DNA of 64,000 bases, from the NCBI GenBank assembly GCA_030390025.1, contig CM059433.1, positions 6,884,001-6,948,000 on the forward strand, in the 5' to 3' direction. The position numbers were made by a program, and so were the translations under genes. The notes under the pieces were generated by a model. It made no database searches. It was not told the origin of the DNA and saw only the letters and a program-made list of their open reading frames with translations. Positions 36,740 to 49,319 of this stretch are shown here, piece after piece. Positions within the stretch are counted from its first letter, which is position 1, and each line of letters opens with the position of its first letter. The DNA comes from Squalus acanthias (lineage: Eukaryota).

Positions 36740-38400
36740 AAAGATCCTATCAATGTTCATCTAAAGAGCACAGAAACAATAAGCAGTAGTCAGCATGGAT
36801 TCAAAGACATTTGCTCATGCCTCAAGTAATTCACTGGAATTCTCTGAGGAGGTAACTAAACTAATGGATGAAGGCTGTCCGGCAGATATAATTTTAGCTG
36901 CATAAAAGTTTTACATATAAAGATTTTAAAGGAAGGTTAAATCTCACTGAATTAGATGGCAAATTAGTTCGATGGGTTGAATACTGACAATAAGCAGATG
37001 ATAAATAGAAAAATCACTAGCTATGGAGTAGCAACTAATGGTGTTCCACAGGGGTCTGGCTTGGATCCCCTGCTGTTCACACTGTCACATATAATAATGA
37101 TGAAATTTGCTGAAAATACAAAGCTATGTGGCCCTATGATGAGCACAAGGGACACTGATAAGATTCAAAGGCATCTGTTTCAATTAATTGGATGGGCTAA
37201 AGAACAGCAAATAGGATTTAAATTGGATAAATCTAATTGAAACTAGGTGAATGAAATGTGCATATAGAATGAGCAGTTTTTTTTTTAAAAAAGGGGCAAA
37301 TACTCAGTTTACTGCAAGTTACTACAAAAAAAGCAACGATATCATAGGCATACAACACTGCCCCAAATTTGTCTTTGGGGCAGTGTCACGTGCCCACGAT
37401 ATAGCTGCTTTCTTTGTAGTAACTTGCAGAATACAAACCAAAAATTAAAAAGCAGCATATAGAACTTGAATCGAGGCTAATGTCGGTCACAGACCCACCA
37501 TGGGAAATAGAGAAGTGATTGACAACCACTGAAAGCTTCTAGTCATTATGAAGCCATTATCAAAAAGGTTAATCAAGAACTAGGATGCCTCTCAAAGGCA
37601 TTTGAAGTCAGAACAAATTATTCAAGCCTTGTGTAGAATAGATCATGGGTGAGGCAACATTTCGAACAGTATGTACAATTTTTGGCACCTTGTCTTTAAA
37701 ATAACATTGATGTATTGGGAGTGCTCAGAGGAATGCAAGTATAATTCTGGAATCTAGGAATTTTAAGTTATGAAGACAGACAACACTGAACTGAATTACA
37801 AAATGGTAATAAGGCTTAGTTAATGTAGGTAAGCAGACTACTTGACATGGACTGTCAGCAAAGAGCTAACGAACACAAGTAAAATTTAACCAGCCTCAGG
37901 CAAAACTAAAGGTTAGAAGCAACCCCCCAGAGTACTGGATATATGGAACAGATGGAAAAAGCACTGTCACAACTCCTTCAAAAAAGAACTAGACAAATAC
38001 TGTATCTGGTTAGGAATAGCACTGAAACTTAAAGATAACTAGATAGATATAATCAAATAATCTGTGAAACATTAGTTTCAGTGCTGCCATCTGTGGTGTT
38101 GGTCAGGTTTGAATAGTGGGAATGTGGGGATGAAGATATTTTAGAGTTTCATTGGATCACCTTCAGCGTTCTGGGAGGAAATTATGCAGAGTTTTGCTCC
38201 AGAGATTAAATATGTGCAACAAAGTCCAAGATGTGGATATAATCCTATCTTTGTTTTAGAAGTGGATTGATCTGTTGTACATTTCCGGTATTTTCTGTTT
38301 TTATTGCCGGATAGATTGTACCCAGTCTGTGGAAGGAGCCAGTTTATGAACCAAATGTCCTTTCCTCATTCTATACTTAGTTGTTAATTGAATTTTACAT
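36740..38400 (+). mobile_element. Very old CR1 RT/3' fragments
   Basis: SQHGF, GVPQGSGLDPLLF and KFAENTKL motifs, heavily decayed. Confidence 0.6.
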
Positions 38401-39914
38401 AATTTGTCACAATTTAGCATGAGATGTTGGAATATTAATGTTAGTACAATAGTTTAAAAACCACAAGATTGAACTCAACACCAAAAAGAGCTCTAGGACC
38501 CAATGTGGATTCTGTAATAATTCTTCTCACAACCTGAAAGACAGTTTAAACTAGGTACAGCAGCACTCTACAATAACTAAAGAAGCTGGAAATAAGGCAG
38601 AATAACCTCACTTCCAAGCTAAAGTAGGGATCTAAAAGCACACCCACTGCCTTCTAGCACGGAACAGGCCTCCAACCTCATATCCTAGCACCCATGCTCC
38701 AGCTACAAAGAAACAGGCTAGTTTGTGCTTCTCAGAAACTCACCTCCAGCCACCAAACACAGGGTCCGTCTCCTCAACTGACCTGCCAGTACTCTCTCAT
38801 TCCAGGCTCCCCTTCAATGAGCCAAGCTGATTAATATGCCACCAGCTGTCAGAGGAGTGCACATGCACCATGCAGACCTCACACTTGCAGCAGTATCTTC
38901 CCCTTCCCCAGTCAGGCCTTGTCTGATGAATCCACAATACTGTTGAATCTGACCTCAGGAGCAGTTAACTAAATGAAAGCAGCTCCTAAATGCTCATTTA
39001 GGGTTGCTAAATCTTGCCACGGAAGATGGCCAACCAGGAGCCTCTCTGAAGCATAGTTCAACACACATCTCCAATTCCCTTCTCAAACTTAATCAACAGA
39101 AATAAAACCCCTCAAAAGGAAATAATATTCCCTCCTCCTTACAGATACACCCTGTGAGACACCTCCACGTCAGTAGTAATCAGACATGAGCATAGCTGCA
39201 AGTCCCAGGGATCCCATAATTAATCTTCCCTAGGGACCAAGAGACTCTACATCAAGCACACATTCCTTGCAATCCATCAATGGCTAAGCCACCAACCCAA
39301 GCAAACCACACAATCACAAAAAAATAAAGGCAAGGACCTTACCTCACCCCTATCCTATAGATTCGTACCTCTTTTCAGTAATAATGACGACAAAATTCTG
39401 GCCATATTGGACACAGTAGCCTTCAAACTATTCCATCCCATCTGAGCTCTCGGGAGAGGAGGATGGAGGAGAAGGAGGAACGAGGCATGCCAATCAAGAA
39501 CATTAGGAGTCTATTTAACATGGTTCACTACTGCAGTAGCACCAAAACCCATTTGACACACCTACTGCTATCAATGTATGCTCCTGCAAATACTAGGTAC
39601 AACTACACCAACATGCAAACCCAGTGTACAATCTTTAAAATATACAGAATTAATCGAGAAAATTGGATAAAATGATAAATTTAAGCTATCTATATATTTA
39701 AAGTCTTGCACATAGTTCCTGTCTACAAACCTTACTTCTTCCTATGTAAATACTTATAATGGAAATTCTATATAATTTTACTTCTAATTATTTTGAATTA
39801 CTTAATATTTGGCACCACTTCACAATTCTTTTCAACTAACCAGTGAACATCTCCTAGCATTGCTCACAGCAAGTCAGAGGATATAATATTTTAAGGATAT
39901 CAGTGTTATGCTTT

Positions 39915-40232
39915 CGGGGCGATTTAATTATTAAAAGGCCAGTAGTGAGAATGGAATTTACAGGCTTTAAGATTGGGGGAATTTATTAAATTAAGGGCAG
40001 CAGTGGAATGCACTCCACTGGCATTTCTTTACTTATAAGATTGATGGCACTGGGTATTTATTTATGAATTTGAAGACTGGGGAGATTTAATTATGAAAAA
40101 GCACAGTAGTGGGAATGTAATTTATATATAGGTATTATTTTTTTATTTAAAATCTGGGCCATTTATTTATAAAATGAGAGCAGTGGGAATGGAATTAATA
40201 TACATAAAGATGGAGGGATTTACTTATAAAAT
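39915..40232. repeat. Degenerate minisatellite, about five units of roughly 60-75 bp
   Basis: Recurrent GGG..ATTTA(A/T)TTAT.AAA...CAGTAGTGGGAATG.AATTTA motif. Confidence 0.6.
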
Positions 40233-40628
40233 GCTTGCATTCAAAATTATTTTTGGAAGGATGAAATTGCAAGAACTGGTTATTTATTTCTAGATACATT
40301 GAGAGCAGGGAAGTGAAAAAGAATGCAAAAAAATTGTTTCAGCTGCTGAAGTCAAAAGCCTTGGGTTTTGACTGCAGCATCTAAAATAATTTTTCCCAGT
40401 TTTCCCTCTCCCTCACAAAATGTAGGTTTGCAGCTCTGAGATAGTAAACTACTTACTTATTTCTGACACAGCAGGAATTATTTATTTACTTTACAGCCAA
40501 AGCAAATGGCATATGGCACAAATGAATTATTTTATTTGCTCAATTACAAAGTCAAATGTAAAAAAAAAATCCCTCAAGGTGACAAGTAATTTCAACCAAG
40601 GGGCAACAGTAAATAACTAAATATATAA

Positions 40629-41642
40629 ATCATAGAATGGTTACAGCACGGAAGGCGGCCATTCAGCCCGTCGAGCCCGTGTCGACTCTCAGCTAGTCCC
40701 ACTCCCCCGCAGCCCTGCAATTTTTTTTCCTTCAGATACTTATCCAACTCCCTTCTGAAAGATGAGATTCAGTCTGCCTCCACCACCCTTTCAGGCAGTG
40801 CATTCCAGATCTTAACCACTCACTGCATAAAGAAGTTTTTTCTTGCGTCGTCTTTGTTTTTTTTGCCAGTCACCTTAAATCTGTGTCCTCTGGTTCTCGA
40901 CCCTTCTGCCAATGGGAACTGTTTCTCTCTATCTACTCTGTCCGGACCCCTCATGATTTTGAGCACCTCTATCAAATCTCTTCTCAATCTTCTCTGCTCT
41001 AAGGAGAACAACCCCAGCTTCTCCAGTCTATCAACGTAACTGAAGTCCCTCATTCCTGGAATCATTCTCATAAATCTTTTCTGCACCTTCTCGAAGGCTT
41101 TCACATCCTTCCTAAAGTGTGGTGCCCAGAATTGGACACAGTACTCCAGTTGGGGCCAGACCAATGTTTTATACAGGTTCATCAAAATTTCCACACTTTT
41201 GTACTCTATACCTCTATTTGTGAAGCCCAGGATCCCATAAGCCTTTGTAAACTGCTTTCTCAACCTGCCCTGCCACCTTCAACGATTTGTGCACATATAC
41301 CCCCGGTCTCTCTGTTCGTGCACCCCCTTTAAGATTGCACCATTTAGTTTATATGTCCTCTCCTCATTCTTTCTCCTAAAATGTATCACTTCACACTTTT
41401 CTGCGTTAAATTTCATCTGCCATGTGTCCGCCCATTTCACCAGCCTGTTTATGTCTTCCTGAAGTCTATCACTCGCCACTATACGTCCAAGTTTTGTGTT
41501 ATCTGCAAATTTTGAAATTGTACCCTGTACACCCACATCCAAGTCATTAATATATATCAAGAAAAGCAGTGGTCCTAGAACCGACCCCTGGGGAACACCA
41601 CTGTATACCTTGCTCCAATCCAAAAAACAACCGTTCACCACT
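40629..41642 (-). mobile_element. CR1 RT-3' end
   Basis: [21 protein letters not shown]...KFADNTK, YKTLVWPQLEYCVQFW and the tail. Confidence 0.92.
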
Positions 41643-43206
41643 AAATAAATCAGTAAATAATTCGCTCTCGGGATAAAATTTAAATGAATTAAATAGAGGA
41701 TACCAACATTAAAAAAGGATCCAAATTGCCTTAAATAAAAATCTAGTACACATAAGTAATAAATAGGAGGTAAGGGGATACTAAAATAAAGAAGTTAATA
41801 ACAATAAACAAGACTAATTAGTTACAAATTAACCTGAAATCAAACTAAATCCATCTACTAAATATAATCCAGATCAAGTAATTCTATTAAATCTAGAATT
41901 AAATTACGACTAACGAATAAATAAAATGAGAAATGGCAGTGCAGGCTGTGTGTTGGGACTTTAATATGTGGCAGTTTGCGAACAGTGAGACTGTCCCGGA
42001 TTGCCACATCCGCAAGAAATGTCTCTGCCTCGATACGCACCAGCTCAAGAGTCCTTGATTTGGAGTGCGAGTTAGTGACACTCTGACACATATGGGAGGG
42101 GGAGGAATTTGTGGATCGTTTTCTCCAGAGTACAGTCACACCTCAGAGGAAAGCACTGGTGCAGGAAGGGGACAGCGTGATCGTCAGTCAGCAGAGTAGG
42201 GGGAACCGAGGAGAGATAGAGGAGGAGGTCCCGCAGACACTGGCCCTGTCCAACAGGTACAATTTACTTGATACTGTGAAGCTAAGGAGAAAGACTGCGG
42301 AGAGGAAAGCCATAATGCTGACCTAGGCGCTGTGGAGCAGGAGGCTGTCTAAACGGGGTTGAGCAGAATAGAAATGTAGTTAGAGCGGATTCAATAATCC
42401 AGTTGTCGTGGTCCATGTCGGGACCAATGACATAGGGAAGAAAAGGGAGGAGGTTCTACTGAGGAAGTATCAGCAGTTCGGAGCTAAATTAAAAAGCAGG
42501 GCTTCAAGGGTGGTAATTGAGATTATTACCCAAGCCACATGCTAATTGGCATAGGGACAAACAGATCAGGAAGGTGAAGATGTGGCTAAAGGAGTGGTGC
42601 GAGAAGGAAGGATTCCATTTCATGGGACACAGGCACCAATACTGGGACAGGAGGGACTTGTACCATTGGGACGGCTGCATCTGAACTGGGCTGGGACCAA
42701 GGTCCTAGCACTAGGGATAAATAGGGTGGTAAAAAGGACTTCAAATGAATAAATGGTTGGGGGGGCTCAGTCAGAAACAATAGTAAAAATTATAGGTTAA
42801 AGATTTTTAAAAAGGGATAAGAGCAGAGTTCAGGTCACAGACAGTGATATAGTTACTCCAGATGAAAGGAATAATAAAATAACTAAAATAGTTACAGCAG
42901 GAGTGACAAATAAGAAACGTGTTAAATTAAACGGTGTGAGAAAGGCAGCATCAGGGCAGAAGGACAGGTTAGGGTCCCTTGCCCAAATAAAAGTTTTGTA
43001 TACTAACGCACGGATTACAAGAAATTAGAGACTCAAATACAGCTTAGAGAGTATGACATGATAGCCATTACAGAGACATGGCTACAAGCTAGTCATGATT
43101 GGGAGTTAAATATTCCAGGTTGTAAGGTCCTTAAAAAGGATAGGGAAACTGGAAGAGGAGGAGCAGCAGCCTTATTGATTAAAAATACTATTACAACATT
43201 AGCAAT

Positions 43207-43328
43207 GATGCGGAGATGTTGGACTGGGGTGGACAAAAGTGAGAAGTCGCACAACACCAGGTTATAGTCCAACAGCTTTATTTGAAATCACAAGCTTTCG
43301 GAGCGCTGCTCCTTCATCAGGTGAAGTG
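43207..43328 (-). mobile_element. Penelope-like pLTR fragment with hammerhead motif
   Basis: Minus strand TCAC-CTGATGA-AGGAGC AGC GCTCC-GAAAGCTT-GTGA at about 43287-43324. Flanked by an AACATTAG direct repeat and inserted in a CR1 endonuclease region. Confidence 0.82.
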
Positions 43329-44649
43329 AACATTAGTAAGAGAGGATATAGGTATGGGAATGCAATCAGCGAAGACTCAAAAGGTTAGAATGGAGAAATA
43401 AGAGGACTTAAAATTCTAATGGCAGTTGTCTACAGGCCTCCTGATAGCAGCAATGAAGTGGCAGAATGTATTCATTCAGAGATTAGGAGAGGCTTGTAGC
43501 AAAAGCAAAGTTGTTTTAATGGGAGACTTTAATTTTCATATAGATTGGAAAGAACGGAGTACCTCAAGTCAGAAAGGTAGTGAATTTTTTGAGTGCATTT
43601 TCTGGCGCAGTATGTCCTAGAACCAACAAGAGGGCAGGCCATACTATAGATTTAGTAATGAGTAATGAGCCAGACTTAGTTACTAATCGAACATAAGGGA
43701 ACATTCATCTAACAGCGATCAGAATATGATCGCATTTAATGTTAGGTTTGAAAAGGAGAAACTTAACAGTTACTAAGATTCTAGATTTTGGTAAGGTTAA
43801 CTTTTACGGGATGAGACCGAGACTGAAGACGGTAAACTGGTCAAAACTGTAATCGGGTAAAACTACAGATGAACAGTAAGTGTTCAAAAAAGAATTTAGC
43901 TTTAATACAGAACCAATGTATAGCCCGAAGGGGAAAAGAGCTCTACTTACCAAATAAAACAACCATGGTCAACAAAGAGGTGAGAGAGAACATAAAACTA
44001 AAGACAAGAGCATATGAAAGTGCAAAGAATAGTGTAAATCCAGGGGAGAGATATAAAGAACAAAGGAAGAAAAAGACAGATAGTAAGAGCTGCAAAAATG
44101 GAATACTGAAAAGAAACTTACAAGGGATACCAAGATTAACACATATTTACAATTATATTAGAAGATAAAGGATAGTCAAGGGTAATGTGGGCCCTTTATA
44201 AACAGATGGGGGTAATACTGCAAATTAAAATAAGGAAATTATTGTTGAATAATTACTTTGCCAGTTTTCACAGAAGAGGAAGAGGATGATATACCTGACA
44301 TTCCAGGGAAGTTAATAATGAATCAAGGATTGGAACTCACTAAAGTTAACGCAAGCAAGAAAACAGTATTAGAAAAAAATAATGGCACTAAAGACTGACA
44401 AATCCCCAGGATCTGATGGTTTTCACCCCAGGGTTTTAAAGGAAGTAGGTGAGGAAATTGCAGATGCTTTAGCCATAATCTTCCAAAGCTCTCGCATTTC
44501 AGGAATTGTCCCTTTAGATTGGAAAATTGCAAATGTAACTCCATTATTTAAGAAAGGTGCGAGAGAGAAGCCATGAAATTATAGACCTGTTACTCTAACA
44601 TCTGTTGTGGGGAAGTTATTGGAATCTATAATTAAGGACAGCGTCCTGA

Positions 44650-45145
44650 TGTGGGGATGCCGGTGTTGGACTGGGGTGGACAAATGTGAGAAGTCGCACA
44701 ACACCAGGTTATAGTCCAACAGCTTTATTTGAAATCACAAGCTTTCGGAGCGCTGCTCCTTCGTCAGGTGAAGCGAAGAGATGCATATAGGCACAGCATA
44801 TATAGTCAGAGAACACTGACAGATGATTACAGTTAATCTTTCTAACTGCCCTTTATCGCACCTCGGCAGAGAGATAATCACGGCAATCAAAGGTGTGGAT
44901 GGTGTCCAAACAGGTCAGTCAGGAAAACATTGCATCAAAGACAATGAGGTGGGGTCTCTCTGCCGAGGTGTGATAAAGGGCAGTTAGAAAGATTAACTGT
45001 AATCATCTGGCAGTGTTCTCTGGCTATATATGCTGTGCCTATATGCATCTCTTCACTTCACCGGACGAAGGAGCAGCGCTCCGAAAGCTTGTGATTTCAA
45101 ATAAAGCTGTTGGACTATAACCTGGTGTTGTGAGACTTCTCACAT
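44650..45145. mobile_element. Penelope-like inverted pLTR palindrome
   Basis: 191-bp inverted arms at 44684-44874 and 44955-45145, an 80-bp spacer and a 34-bp one-sided tail. AAGGACAG direct repeats at 44634-44641 and 45146-45153. A hammerhead-like motif lies in each arm. Confidence 0.88.
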
Positions 45146-45842
45146 AAGGACAGAGTGACTGAGCACTTGGAGAAATTTGAGCTGATTAGAGAGAGCCGAC
45201 AGATTTGTAACGGTTAGGTCATGTCTAACGAACCCAATTGAATTTTTTTGAGGAAGTAACTAAAGTAGTAGATGGAAATGTCTATGGATGTAGTTTCTGT
45301 GGTCTTCTAGAAGGCATTCGATAAGGTTCCACATAAGAGACTGTTAGATAAAATTAAAGCTCATGGAATTGAAGGCAAATTATTAACCTGGTAAGGAGGT
45401 TGGTTAGGTGGTAGAAAACAGAGAGTAGGGATGATGGGTATGTACTCAAATTGGAAGAAAGTGACTAGTGGTATCCCACATGGAGCTGTGCTGGGGCCTC
45501 AACTATTCACTATACTTATTAATGACTTAGATACACAATAGAGAGCCATATATTCAAGTTTGCCGATGACACAAAGATTGGTGGGATAGTAAGTAGTGTA
45601 GACGGGAGCATAAAATTACAAAGAGCATTGATAGATTAAGTGAATGGTTGAAACTATGGCAGATGGATTTCAACAAAGGTCATCCATTTTGGACCAAAAA
45701 AGGATAGATCAGAGTATTATTTAAATAGTGAAAAGCTAGGACCAGTGGAGGTCCAAAGCAATTTAGAGGTCCATATACACAGATCACTAAAATGTAGTAG
45801 TCAGGTACAAAAAATAATCAAAGGCAAGTGGAATGTTAGCCT

Positions 45843-47574
45843 ACATAAGAACATAAGAAATAGGAGCAGGAGTAGGCCAATCGGCCCCTCGAGCCTGCTC
45901 CGCCATTCAATAAGATCATGGCTGATCTGATCCTAACCTCAAATCTAAAGAACACAAGAAGTAGGAGCAGGACCCGGCACTCAGCCCCTGGGCCCGCTCC
46001 GCCACCCACAGGGCCCTGAGCGAGTCGAATTCAGCCTCATGTCCAATTTCCTGCCCGCTCACCGTAACCCCTAATTCCCTTTACCTCTAGGAAACTATCT
46101 ATTTCTGTTTTAAATTTATTTAATGATGTAGCTGCCACAGCTTCCTGGGGCAGCAAATTCCACAGACCTACTACCCTCTGAGTGAAGAAGTTTCTCCTCA
46201 TCTCAGTTTTGAAAGAGCAGCCCCTTATTCTAAGATTATGCCCCCTAGTTCTAGTTTCACCCATCCTTGGGAACATCCTTACCGCATCCACCCGATCAAG
46301 CCCCTTCACAATCTTATATGTTTCAATAAGATCGCCTCTCATTCTTCTGAACTCCAATGAGTAGAGTCCCAATCTACTCAACCTCTCCTCATATCCTCAT
46401 CCCCGGGATTAACCGAGTGAACCTTCTTTGTACTGCCTCGAGAGCAAGTATGTCTTTTCTTAAGTATGGACATCAAAACTGTACGCAGTATTCCAGGTGC
46501 GGTCTACCAATACCTTATATAACTGCAGCAATACCTCCCTGTTTTTATAATCTATCCCCCTAGCAATAAAAGCCAACATTCCGTTGGCCTTCTTGATCAC
46601 CTGCTGCACCTGCATACTAACTTTCTGATTTTCTTGCACTAGGACCCCCAGATCCCTTTGTACTGCAGTACTTTCCAGTTTCTCGCCATTAAGATAATAA
46701 CTTGCTCTCTGATTTTTCCTGCCAAAGTGCATAACCTCACATTTTCCAATATTGTATTGCATCTGCCAAATCTCCGCCCACTCACCCAGCCTGTCTATAT
46801 CCCCTTGTAGGTTTTTTATGTCCTCCTCACTTTCTACTTTCCCTCCCATCTTTGTATCATCTGCAAACTTTGATATGTTACATTCGGTCCCCTCCTCCAA
46901 ATCGTTAATATAGATTGTAAAGAGTTGGGGACCCAGCACCGACCCCTGTGGAACACCACTGGCTACTGGTTGCCAGTCCGAGAATGAACCGTTTATCCCA
47001 ACTCTCTGCTTCCTGTTAGATAACCAATCCTCCACCCATGCCAGAATATTACCCCCAATCCAGTGATTTTTTATCTTGAGCAATAATCTTTTATGTGGCA
47101 CCTTGTCAAATGCCTTTTGGAAGTCTAAATACACTATGTCCACTGGTTCCCCTTTATCCACCCTGTACGTTATGTCCTCAAAGAACTCAAGCAAATTTGT
47201 CAGACATGACTTCCCCTTCATAAAGCCATGCTGACTTTGTCCTATTAAATTATGTTTATCTAAATGTTCCGTTACTGTCTCCTTAATAATAGACTCCAAA
47301 ATTTTACCCACCACAGATGTTAGGCTAACTGGTCTATAATTTCCAGCCTTCTGCCTACTACCCTTTTTAAATAAGGGTGTTACATTAGCAGTTTTCCAAT
47401 CTGCCAGGACCTTTGCTGAGTCCAGGGAATTTTGGGAAATTACCAAAGCATCCACAATCCCTACTGCCACTTCCCTCAAGACCCTAGGATGTAAGCGATC
47501 AGGTCCAGGGGATTTATCCGCCTTGAGTCCCATTATTTTACTGAGTACCAATTCCTTAGTGATTTTAATCGTAT
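45843..47574 (-). mobile_element. Young CR1-E (same subfamily as CR1-C) with an open RT domain
   Basis: About 370 aa of open RT frame within ORF 46460-47713 ([37 protein letters not shown]), near-identical to CR1-C over the shared part. Confidence 0.94.
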
Positions 47575-48396
47575 TTATAACTAGAGGGCTAGAATATAAA
47601 AGGGAGGAGGTTTTGCTACAGCTATACAAAACCCTGGTTAGACCACATCTGGAGTACGGTGTACAGTTCTGGGCACCGCATTTTAAAGGATATGTTGGCC
47701 TTGGAAGGAGCACAGTGCAGATTCACCAGAATGTTACCAGGGCTTCCACTGACTTGAATGGAACTGAATATCGGGTGGGGCGTATTACAGGCGGCCAGTG
47801 CATTAAATAGAGAAAGTCTGGATGTGAATCACAAGAATGACATCCCACAAAAAACAATCACTGTTACAAGAGTAACTGTGAATCAATGTACACTTTTGCA
47901 TCAATCATACATGGACATACAACGGATTAAAAAAAAAACAGGAAATTTGTTGCAAATAAATTATGGTCTGAACACACAAGATTTTAAAGAAGCAATACTT
48001 CCTTTATGTACTGTTCAGCAAAAACCCATTACTGTTTTAAAAATAACCCATTACTGTTTTAAAAATAACTTCAAAAATGTTATTGCATTCCCCAACCTGC
48101 AGCAAAAAAAAAGAGAACTCTCCTTCACCAGGACCACCATTTCAGAATTAAGCCACTGCACAAGCAGATCTACCTGCAGCCTGATGCTATGGACGATGTC
48201 AAATACAACAGGCTCAATATCATACTTGTCATTGTACTTTATACCAACATCTGCTCACTCAGGAATAAATGAAGTCAGCATGTGCTACGTTAAAAAATAG
48301 TTTCAATCTCAACAAATTAAAATAATACATTTAGACAGCATGGCAGCGTTAAATGTAGAAGAGTGCCGATTCTGTTAAGTGATAAAACACACTTAC

Positions 48397-48494
48397 TTTG
48401 ATCAGGGAAGACGTCCCCAAGGCTACCAAGGCCTTAGCTTGCTGATTCAAGATGTACTGAAAGCCTTCACAAACGTACCATTCACAGCCTCGAT
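48397..48494 (-). CDS. TAF1B: TAF1B coding exon 4 (98 nt)
   Basis: gttttag|...|gtaagt. Reads (D)[32 protein letters not shown]; human has [22 protein letters not shown]. Confidence 0.96.
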
Positions 48495-48734
48495 CTAAAA
48501 CACAACATAGCATTGATGCATCACAGGTTAGGTTCTGGATTGAAAACTAATCATTTACAAGCACAGCTAATCACGACTTACATGGACCAAAAAGACCTGC
48601 TAGATGAATAGGTACAGCATTCTATGTATATGACAAGATTTCTTTCTTTTTCTGGAGCGAGAGGAGGGTGAAGGTTGTACAATTACAAATCTTCCACTAG
48701 CATATACTGCAGCAATAAAGGTAATTTTAATCCG

Positions 48735-49236
48735 TAAACTTGAGGTCATCCAAATCTCTGCTGCCAGTGTCCTAACTCGCACCAAGTCCCGTTCACCCAT
48801 CACCCCTGTGCTCGCTGACCTATATGGCTCCTGGTTAGGCAATGCCTCGATTTTAAAATTCTCATCCTTGTTTTCAAATCCCTGCATGGCCTCGCCCCTC
48901 CCTATCTCTAATCTCCTCCAGCCTCACAACCCTCCAAGATATCTGCACTCCTCTAATTCTGGCCTCTTGAGTATCCACGATTTTAATCGCTCCACCATTG
49001 GTGGCCGTGCCTTCAGCTGCCAAGGGCCTAAGCTCTGGAATTCCCTCCCTAATCCTCTCCATCTCTCTTTCCTCCTTTAAGAGGCTCCTTAAAACCTACC
49101 TTTTTGACCAAGCTTCTGGTCATCTGCCCCAATATCTCGTGTGGCTCGGTGTCAAATTTTGTTTGATAACGCGCCTGTGAAGCACCTTGGGACGTTTTAC
49201 TATATTAAAGGGTCTACATAAATACAAGTTGTTGTT
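48735..49236 (+). mobile_element. L2 3' end
   Basis: KSRSPITPVLADL...GGRAFSCQGPKLWNSLP, with the tail ATAAATACAAGTTGTTGTTG. Confidence 0.92.
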
Positions 49237-49319
49237 GCATGTGAACTTTGCAATTAAGCGAGATATAGCAACAGTAATTTTTTTTCTATATATTTTGCAC
49301 CGAGTCCATCTATCACGAT

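Larger units (their letters stand above)
41930..47745 (+). mobile_element. Near full-length decayed CR1 hosting two Penelope fragments and a young CR1
   Basis: ORF1 Zn-finger-like start (MAVQAVCWDFNMWQ...CHIRKKC) at 41932, esterase VHVGTNDIG near 42410, EN ITETWL at 43058, RT KSPGSDGFHPRVLKE at 44382; resumes after 47575. Confidence 0.88.

Noticed and set aside
38640..39560. Possible decayed Harbinger/Myb-like coding remnant
   Set aside because: The region is C-rich, but I could not support a convincing motif, TIR or TSD.
39915..40232. CRISPR-like repeat-spacer array
   Set aside because: Vertebrate context and highly degenerate, irregular units; it is an ordinary minisatellite.
46460..47713. 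417-aa ORF as a host gene or active LINE
   Set aside because: It is a chimera of antisense host CR1 and a 5'-truncated CR1 RT. It has no endonuclease or ORF1 and is frameshifted before the ORF2 end.
47758..48300. 180-aa plus-strand ORF
   Set aside because: No recognisable domain; it is AT-rich intronic sequence with a 23-bp tandem duplication, antisense to TAF1B.
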